Below the pieces are notes generated by a model that was not told the origin of the DNA, did not search any database, and saw only the letters and a list, made by a program, of their open reading frames with translations. A DNA stretch of 64,000 bases, taken from Epiperipatus broadwayi (taxonomy: Eukaryota > Animalia > Onychophora). The stretch covers positions 21,576,001-21,640,000 of the forward strand of contig JAQFVV010000005.1 of the NCBI GenBank assembly GCA_028023455.1, in the 5' to 3' direction. Below, piece by piece: positions 54,401 through 64,000 of this stretch. The translations under genes and the position numbers were made by a program. Position 1 is the first letter of the stretch, and each line of letters opens with the position of its first letter.

Positions 54401-57084
54401 TATGCAAGTATGAAATTAAAATATCTTGTTTTGATTGGCAGATGATATCAAGAGTTATGTTCCAATGAGTTTAAAGGCCATAGGAAATATTGATTTTATA
54501 GTGATGTTGTGTGTAAAAGAATACATCATAGCTCAATAGTCAAGATTATTGGTGGTGTTCTCTATGACTTAAGTCAATATGATACCTTGTTCTTTGGGCT
54601 GTTCTCTGGGAGATAGGTGGTTTAATTCCAAATATTTATATTCAAGAAAGTAATACGCATTCATTTGGTGCATCAAAGTATACCCAAGTACATTTATTTG
54701 GTAACTCAACTAAAAGTGCAATGATGATTGTGGATTCCTGTGCCAACTACTACAAATGACAACTCATCGTGAGTATATATAATCATCTATAATCTTCATT
54801 CTCTCATTCCATAACATTACATTACCTAAAATGAGATGGACATATTATGTGATATTACTTATTTATTCACCTCACTACTATTCAATTACAGAGAGAGAAT
54901 CACATGATAAATATCCATACATTTTCTAAATTAAGTAAACTAAGTAAAGCTTAAACAGAGTAATCTGAAAATTTTGTAAAATTAAATCATAATAAAAATG
55001 CATCTCTATTTCCTATATTTGGATGTAAGGAACTGGAATTGAATTTTCAAAATGAAGTTTTTGAATTAATTTGCCTATTTAATTGGTTTCAAAAGCAGCT
55101 TTTCTGATGCTATTCCAAAGCCATCTATTATAATCTTGGTTAATTAGTAGTCACCAGATGGTAGCACTATTACAACTACATTTTCTATACCAGTTTTTAG
55201 TTTTGGCTTTCATTGGGGATAACTTAAAATTCAAATCTTTAGAACCAATCTATAACTTCTAATGCTATCAAGCTAAAATTGGTAAACAAAACTTTTAAGA
55301 TTTTGAATTCATATCAACTTTATTATATATTTATATAGAATGATGCCAAATTAGCAATTTTATATTTTAGTTATTTGTTAATTATAAATCTCTTTCACTC
55401 CTAGGTTGGAATAATTATTATTAATAAAACACCACTTCTCAACTTCCTCTTAGTATATGCTTATTAGCTCTAGCTATGAATTCTAAGTCCTCACGAGAAA
55501 AGATCAGACCCAGAAATATGTTATGGGGTGTAAATATGATACACTATGACTACCATTTAATAACAATTGATTATTCAAACTTTTATTATATGACTCTGCA
55601 ATAAGAGGGAAGGGGCAACTGCTTTTGAAAACATGTCAAGAGCAAGCTGAGAAAGTCATATGATATTTGTGGTTGTTTTGTTAGTATTTTCAGCTGGACA
55701 ATTTAATGACTCAATTTTCACTCTTCATTTTTGCATTCTAACAATGAAAAGAATGTTTTAAAGTTTAAACTATGTTAAGAGTGACAGATTATGACCAATG
55801 GTGACCACTTGATCATGTATCTCTTGCCTACCCATCTCCCACCCCCATTTTCAAGAAGAGAATGTAAATTGTAGTATGCTCTTTAAACATTAAATTTCAT
55901 CATTCTAATCTTTATTATACCACCTTTCAGAATATGATATCCACATATTATTCTATATTACTTGCCACAAGTCCTTCTAATCTTCACTCTACCAATGCCT
56001 TTCTAAAGGCATTTGTCTGCTGTCCACCCCCCACCCCCTTTCATTTCTGCTAACATAGCCTTTATAACTATGCATCTTAATCCAATTGTTGTTTTTAATT
56101 TTTACAACAAATCATTTTTATTCATTTATTTTTTGCAAACACAATTTTTTAAATATTATTTCCATTTTCTAATTTTTGGCTTTAAAACTTCCGGTCTTTT
56201 TTTTTATTCAAGTGAGTACTTTTTAAATTTTGCTTCTAATAAAAAATTGAAACTTTTTTCTTAAATCTAACTTTAATAGGCCTTAAAATTAACATATACT
56301 TCTATTAAAAGTATTTTAGGCATTATAGTTCTAGCTGATTTTATATCACCATTTTTGCATGACTTAACAATCTTACTAGCAGCTATGTAGCAATCGTAAA
56401 CAATAGTCAGCCTTTATCCATGTCATTTCTTTGAATAGGTATTAAAATTCATAGATAGTAGCAAACTCTGTACATTTGAATGTTTGTCCATTCTTGTTTT
56501 ATTGCCTAATAAAGAATAGCTAAACACCCATTTACCAACCAACATTAAGTGATGACTGAGTCATCTATAAGTCACCTAAATGAAAATTTTGAAGAGTGTT
56601 GAAAATATTTTCAAGTTTATTCAGCCTCAATTTGAAATCAAATTGTAGGCGCTAATAAATGGCTATACTTGTGGAAGTATCTTACTTTAAATGATCTCAT
56701 TTTTATTATTTAAAACCCAACATAGTAATTTCCCATAAGCTATGAGTTGTCTAATAATATTGTTTTATATAAAACATGATCCATAAGTAAAAATAAAATT
56801 GATAAAGATGGAGAGACTATTTTGGAATATTTGAAGTTGATGGTAATTCCACAGTTGTTGTTTTAAAAAATATAATCGTACTTTTAGTAGTTATTATGAA
56901 CAATTAATAAAAACATAGTTGACTAAAATTGATAATTGATAGTCAAAATGGTCTCTTTAATATAAATTAAAACTTTTTAGTACAGTTTCCAACCAATGAA
57001 CTAAAATATTTATTTTTTTAAATGCTGCTACACATTACATTTATATTGTATATGACTATATTTATGCCTCAATTTAGAGTTATG

Positions 57085-57654
57085 TTATTGTATTTGTTAT
57101 TAAAACAGACAAAACTCTATATGTATTGCCACTCAGTGCCAGCCAGAGTAATCAATGGATAGTGCCTACTCATCCAATATCCTCACACTAATTTCTGGCT
57201 TGTGGCCTTCGTCAGTGAGGAGCCTTGGATCTGAGAGCACTGCACCTAGATCTTAGGATCTAATGCAACCCTCCATCAGTCACCTTTTATCTCTACTTAA
57301 CTACAAAACTATGAGACTTAAATTGAAAACACTATAATATTTTCAATCTAAGCTCACCAGCTTATATACTCATATAGGTCTGAACTCAGTTCAATACCCA
57401 TACATTTTGATATCTTTGGTTCTTTAATAACCATAGTCACCACTATCCTATTAGGTAGGATAACCCAGAAACTAGTCTGAGAATATTGGATGAGTAGGCA
57501 CTAGATGGGGAATTTATGCACAAGCCTTCTGACATCCATTGATTACTCTGGTTTGCACTGAGTGGCACTACTGTATGGAGAGTTTTGCCTGTTTTAATAA
57601 TAGTTAAGAGCAAGCATGAGAGATGGTGATCATGTGATATTTATTATATTTGTT
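57085..57654. mobile_element. Family B palindrome (tail on the right)
   Basis: 14-bp TSD ttatt(g/a)tatttgtt; left copy about 57099-57410, right copy about 57466-57640. Confidence 0.85.
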
Positions 57655-58172
57655 GTTATATGTTAACTATACCCATCATCTAAGTCACTTTGTTAAATGT
57701 TTTTAGAAAAATTCAAACTTTATTTATATTTTTACAAATACATTCAACTATAAGTAATGTTTCTATGGGTAAATTTCTGGCCTGACTTGCAATGGTTCTA
57801 GCATGGAAACTGAAGCAGTAAGCTTTATTACATTTATGGAATACTAAATGCTAAGCTCAAATAGACAGAATAGCTTATTTGATTAAAGCATCATCTTAAA
57901 ATTAGTATTCATGAATCTAAAGATTACAGTTTCAATCTTATCACTCATCAGACTGGAAACACTTTAAAATGAGAAAAAAATACTATCAATAGATTATGCT
58001 TTATGCAAAGCTGTATGTTATTACTAATTTTTAAAGGTATTTGGAAAAATGAAGTCTTAATTTCATTTAACAATTTAATTTAATTAGATGATGGAAATAA
58101 TCCTATGCATAACAGCAATTAAAATGACATCATCATCACAAATATTATATTATTATAATCTTTATTTTACAG

Positions 58173-58353
58173 ATTTCACAATGATTTGGATAAAAGTAAT
58201 GCATGGATCAGCATGTTTAAATTTGGCATGAATTTAAGTTTATTTTCTCAGATTATATTTCTATTTTTTGTATATTCATTTTCTGGTTTAATTTTAATTC
58301 TACGAGGTTCAACTGCAGCTGAAGTGGGAGTTGTCTTGTCATCAGGACTTCAG
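58173..58353 (+). CDS. ABCC exon: last TMD2 helices
   Basis: ttttacag|A TTT...CAG|gtaatg, phase 2-0; FHNDLDKSNAWISMF...AAEVGVVLSSGLQ versus xxGLAISYAxQ. Confidence 0.85.
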
Positions 58354-58486
58354 GTAATGTACTTTTTTAAAATTTTTCATTAATTTACTATATGAATTCA
58401 CTATTTTATTTAAATTTTTTTACTAATATAAACAAACAACATGAAACACATTTCTACATGATGCAGATACAATATTTATTTTAGAT

Positions 58487-58790
58487 TAAAACAGACAAAG
58501 CTCTCCATACAGTAGTGCCACCCTGTGTCAACAAGAGTAATCAATGGATGCCAGTAGACTTGTGCATAAAATCCCCATCTAGTGCCTACTTATCCAATAT
58601 CCCCAGACTAGTTTCTGACTTGTGGCCTTCATCGGTGAGGAGCCTTGGATCTGAGAACACTACACCTAGATCTTAGGATCTAATGCAGCCCTCCAGCAGC
58701 CACCTTTTATCTTTACTTAACTACAAAACTATGAATCTTAAATTGAAAACATTATAATATTTTCAATTCAAGTTCATTTGCCTATATAGT
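58487..58790 (-). mobile_element. Family B single tail-less copy
   Basis: Collinear with 57099-57350; hammerhead core mutated. Confidence 0.85.
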
Positions 58791-59492
58791 CATTTTAGAC
58801 AAACGTCCAAAAATAATTGATAATTTCAACTATCCAACAGTCTTCTTTGGAGTTCTTTCTTCTACTTAAAAAATGTTCAAAATGTAATATGTTCAAATGA
58901 CGAAATGTACAATTTTATATAACCTTCCATTGCATAATAGAGTAAAATATATGGATAAGATGGTTAAAGAATATATTCTAATAACTTCAAAATCTAAAAT
59001 AATATATAATTATTTTTTTACAGGCTTGTAGTTATATGTTATAGTATTTCTATTGTCAAGTTGAAATTTTTAGAAAAATTCAAACTTTATTTATACTTTT
59101 TCAAATAGATTAATATATAATGCAATATTTTAGATATATTTTCTTCTCTTTTCTTCATGCATTGACAGCCTAGCTCAGAGATTGAAGTGATAACATTTAG
59201 ATTCATAAATACTGAATTTAAAGTGGTGGTAATTATAGAGATTATATAAACTTATCTGACCGTCTTATTGAAATCAGGGGCACCCTCTTAAAATAAACAT
59301 TTCAAAATTATCTTTGCTATTGCTTTTAGAAAAATAATCTAGTTAGTTACAATACCAACTTAAATGGGGTATTCGTGAATTTTAAGGTCACCAATTCAAT
59401 CCCCTTGCTCTTGCTAAAACTGAAACAGGTTCAATCAGTGATATCTAAAAAAGAGAGGAGAAAGATAACACTCCTACCATTGTGTTCTACAT

Positions 59493-59965
59493 CAGGGGTG
59501 GCCAACTTTTGTGTTCATAAGATCTACTTTTTATTTTAAAAATGTGTTGCAATCGACTTGTCATGGGCGTAGTCTAGGTGAGGGAGGTGTGAAATACATA
59601 CCATTTTTATATATCTACCTAGTAAAAAATAACAATTATTTAACGGGCCAAAAAACTCATGTCGGGGGGGGGGGGGATTAAAGCAACATAAGTAATTATT
59701 AACAATATTTATTAATTCAAATTAGCTACATTAAATCAAGATTAAAAATAATATTTTCAATAATGATATGATTTAGTGGACTTCACCTATCCAGAATTGA
59801 AAAAAAATTTAGAACAAAAACAAAAATAACAAAAAAACTTGAAAATCTTGACTTAATTTGTTTCACTCGTTATTCTACAGCTCTTACCAGATTGGCCTCG
59901 CGAATGACTGAAAATGGCTTTGCGATCGACAGGTGGATCACGATCGACTTGTTGGACATCCCTTT
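59493..59965. mobile_element. hAT-type MITE
   Basis: Starts caggggtggccaact, ends gttggacatccc; a similar terminus aagtttggccacccctg lies at about 9318-9334. Confidence 0.55.
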
Positions 59966-61183
59966 TCTATATTATTATAACAGTTAAGTGCCTTTAAAAA
60001 ACAATAAATATAATTTGAATTTTTCTAAAATTTAACAACAACTAAATGATGAAATCAGTTCAGTTTATAATTGCAAATAAAGTAGCATCGGATATCGTAA
60101 ACCTTCTGATTGTTGAGAAATTTGTGATAACTAATAGGGCTTTCATTTATGGATGCTTTTTGATTACAATATACTTCAATTTCACCGTTTATTTGGAAAT
60201 AATCTGAAGTTTTTTGCCACTGATAATTTGTCTTTTTAGATTCATTTGAAATGACTTTATTGCTCACATCTGATTGGTCATATTCTGGACCCATATATTT
60301 TTAATTAATCCTTTTCTGAAGTAAATAAAAATTATAAAAGAGCTGTGTTTTTTCTAATATATGCTTTTACATATTTTTTAATTGCTAAATGCTATTAAAG
60401 TTTATCCTTGGATATAGGCTAAAGAGTATAATATAATAGGTATATCAACTCTTTGGTGGTTTAGAAATCTCAGAGTTCTTTTGAAAAATATATTAAAAAG
60501 TCTTTATATGAAGCAGACTGTATTATGTGGTAGAAAATAGATCAATATGGACAAAATAGTGACCATATCAACATCAATCTTGATCAGAATTGGTGGTATG
60601 AACATATAATAGAAATCAGAGGTGAATAGTGAAATAGAGATAAAAGTTAAGTTTTTTGGGTAATTCTTATAATTACAGCAAATATAAAGTTTAGCAACAC
60701 AGTTATGAGTTGTTAATTTTTTACATTATTATATGTATTTTTATAATGTAAAATGTGAATTAATCCTGATATCTATTTTCATTTATAGAACTAAATGGAG
60801 AACTGCTCACTCCAACTGTAAGGGAAAACAAGCCATAATAACAGCAGTTGCCATTACTCTGTTCAGTATCTCAAATCAGTGTTTTTAATACATCTCATTT
60901 GTATATTATAAGGGTTTTGAATACAGACCTTCAATTTCCTTTCAGCTATCCCTCTATACCATATAATGAAGACACATGACCACACACATGTGAGAAAGAT
61001 AAATAATCTCCAATATATGTATTTCATGCTTAACCAGCAATCATCAGTTGGGCCAGATTATCATCTCCCATATATATATATAATCAATACTCCATTTATA
61101 TTAAGATATCAAATCTTGAAAATGGGCAGGCTTCAATCTACTTCACCCTCCAACCCTTCAGCCATCTATATCATTGAAAATAA

Positions 61184-61478
61184 TAATATCAACAAATAAA
61201 AAATCCTTCTCCTTTTTCTTTTCAAAAACTTTATTTTTATATCTCAATACTGAACATATATATACATTTATATAATACAAAACTTCAACGTTTCAACTGT
61301 TTTTATCTCATACAGTCATTTTCAAGGATATCTCTCTCCCATGACTGTATGAGATAAAAACAGTTGAAACGTTGGAGTTTTGTATTATATAAATGTATAT
61401 ATATGTTCAGTATTGAGATATAAAAATAAAGTTTTTGAAAAGAAAAAGGAGAAGGATTTTTTATTTGTTGATATTATT
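61184..61478. repeat. Family H palindrome with decayed hammerhead
   Basis: Arms about 61184-61319 / 61341-61478; ACUGU...ACAGU-U-GAAACGUU. Confidence 0.8.
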
Positions 61479-63382
61479 GTAGAACATATATATTTTAAAA
61501 GGAAAAGTGGACGTACCTTTGCTGTGCTATTATATATGATCATTGAAAATCTGATGATGGAATCCCAAATCCCTTGTTGATGCCAATGATATTGTCATGC
61601 ACATGTTGACTTTAAGTCATTCTGACCCCTCATTTTTATAATACTTGGCAATAAAACATGATTCACACATTTGAATAAAATTATATGCAATGAAAGACAA
61701 AATTAAGTCAAATATAAATTTTAACAAGTTAAATATTTTAAATATCTGTAACATTAGTAACATATAACATGGAAAAATAAAAAGCAATAAATAAAACCTT
61801 TTAATCTATTATTAAATATAAAATCTGTAATTTAAAATATAGAACACAACGACAAACTTAGTTATAATACAAAAATTTATTTTGATATGTTCTAAACAAT
61901 TTTTACAATGATAATTTTTTTTTTAGATATACCTATTTAATTAACAATAAGATTCACTTTTTAAATATCTTTCGACTGTTGTTGCATGAAGTACTGTTAA
62001 AGATATTGTTATCATAACTTTATAGTGCAATATATATCTAATTCAAAAATTGCTTCCGTTCATTCTTATGCACATGACAAAGATGCCACATGTAAGAACA
62101 TATCAGAACATAGCATTTTGGAAGCAATAATTATGCATTATTCCATTATTTTTATACAAAAAAAAGAAGTTAAGAAAGCACATATAATAAGAATGAAAAT
62201 GTTGCAAAAATATCTTATTATTAAGGGGAAACAAGGCTTCCTTTGCCCACATACTCCATGCACTACTAGTAGATATTAAGTGCATCTTTCTTTCATCGAT
62301 AGCAGATTTTAAGCTCGTGGCCTACGTAGCATTTCAAATGGAAATAAAACTTATCTTTGACAAATAGTAAAACAACATTCTACCTAGTTGAGTAATTAAC
62401 TGACAACTGATAAAATTTCCAATGATAGGATAAAACTCAATTAAGTAAACTGAAATTGTTTATCGATGATTGTGGATATATGAAAAATTACTCTACAAAC
62501 ATAAAAAAAAAAATTAAAACCTGAGTGAATATAATAAAAATGTGTACTTGAAATGTCTCAAGGTCATTATAACATCGCAAGAGTTTTCTTGGTGTTTTGT
62601 GAGATTTAAGACAAATGATGAGTGATTGATTTATAAATTAACAATCCTTGAATTGATCTCCGGTTGAGAAAAGATTTGAAAAAAAAATTTAAACTTTATC
62701 ATTTGAAATTTGTTGTACCCAGTTGCCATTTTGGTGCTCATTACATAATCTCTAAAGCAGAAGACCACCTTCAGATTTTCCCATAGTTGTAGAAAAACAT
62801 GTTTTAAAGCCGATAAAGACTTCTGGATGGAGGCTCAGTTTGTCCTTTCCAGTATTTTAATATCATGAGCTTCCAATCAACAAGTCATTTTACATAAGCA
62901 ATAAACCTTGAATTAAATCTACTCTATTTTTCTTAGTTAAGTATGAGAAAGTGTTACCACTTATGATCATTTATCTATGCTTCAATTAAGAAGAGTTACT
63001 ACAATTAGCTCTTCTCAATTTAGTTATAAATAAAGTGGGAACTACATGGAAACATAGAATGAGGTTGGCAGTTTCTGAATTTTCTGATAGGCTCAGTTTC
63101 TCTTAAATCATCAGGAAACACTAGTGAAATATGTAACATTCAATGTAGATTACTAGAGGCAATATCAACTAAAGGATACATTAGAAACAAGTGACTGAAA
63201 ACCTGACCTTAAACTATATATTGAAGATAAACTGTCATCTGCGGGTTATATCCTAAATCTCTCTATCAACTGAAACATAGAATTACATTTTTGTATTTAC
63301 TGAACTTTAAAAATTTAAACCAAATATCTGAAAACTAATTTTAAGCTGTGGAAACAAATAATATATGTTCAAAATGTTGTAG

Positions 63383-63438
63383 GAGCATATATTGTGTGTT
63401 TGGTGTATTGTGGAATCAGTACTGTGGGAGCATGCCAA
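63383..63438 (+). CDS. ABCC exon: end of TMD2 (part 1)
   Basis: tgtag|GAG CAT ATA TTG TGT GTT TGG TGT...GCC AA|gt; CVWCIVESVLWEH aligns to FQWCVRQSAExE; acceptor is weak. Confidence 0.55.
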
Positions 63439-63510
63439 GTTTATTGTGAACTTTTATTGTCTTATTAAGTTTAAACACATAGTAATCTATTTTATATCAT
63501 TCTACTTCAG

Positions 63511-63544
63511 AGCCACCTATGAAAACATAGATGAACTTACGAAG
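63511..63544 (+). CDS. ABCC exon: end of TMD2 (part 2, SVERI equivalent)
   Basis: cttcag|A GCC...AAG|gtattt; ATYENIDELTK versus TSVERIxxYxK; with the previous exon gives 30 codons. Confidence 0.6.
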
Positions 63545-63927
63545 GTATTTAATGATACCAATTGGTTGGCATATCTATGGGAAGAATTCCTTGGTATATC
63601 CATCAAGTGGGCACCAATCACATAGATTACTCTGGGATAGACTATTATGAAGTGGAAGACTGTTGTCAAATATGATTAAACCTAAGTGAGGTCATTTGCT
63701 AATGACATTTTTAGAGATCAGTAAATATTCATTTTGTTATTTCAACATTTCAATATTTATTCATCTAACAGTAAACTATTATACAGATCTTTCCTATTTT
63801 CATGATCTAACAAGAATTTTGAGATAACCTAATATCTAGGATGATACATCCATCATAAGATCAAATATAGTGCTTTATTTTTATTCCATCTTAATCAAAT
63901 GGCATATTGCTCAGGACTTCATAAAAT

Positions 63928-64000
63928 TAAAACAGGTAAAACTCTCCATACAGTAGTGCCACCAGTGCCAACCAGAGTAATCAATGGATGCCAGAAGGCT
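63928..64000 (-). mobile_element. Family B copy cut by the window end
   Basis: ttaaaacagg...gatgccagaaggct. Confidence 0.85.

Noticed and set aside
182-61478. CRISPR-like arrays or bacterial systems
   Set aside because: No regularly spaced repeats with unique spacers; the context is spliceosomal and eukaryotic.

Overview
AT-rich eukaryotic (probably invertebrate animal) genomic DNA. The whole window lies inside one + strand, intron-rich ABCC/MRP-type ABC transporter gene. Ten exons from the end of NBD1 through TMD2 (2638-63544) splice in phase to 1413 nt / 471 codons with no stop, and the ATPase motifs of NBD1 are strongly degenerate. The introns are packed with mobile DNA: a 5.5-kb head-to-head palindrome of a Penelope-like element (RT + GIY-YIG), a decayed LINE, a Gypsy pol, a Ginger/KRBA2-like integrase, hAT MITEs and tRNA-Val SINEs. 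The main unexplained structure is a shared architecture across at least five Penelope-associated repeat families. They insert as palindromes bounded by 13-14 bp target-site duplications, one arm carries a 40-55 nt 3' tail that the other lacks, most families carry a minimal type I hammerhead ribozyme, and fold-back junctions cluster at that ribozyme. One family has a tRNA-like Pol III head. All coordinates and alignments were read by eye; no database searches or folding programs were run.
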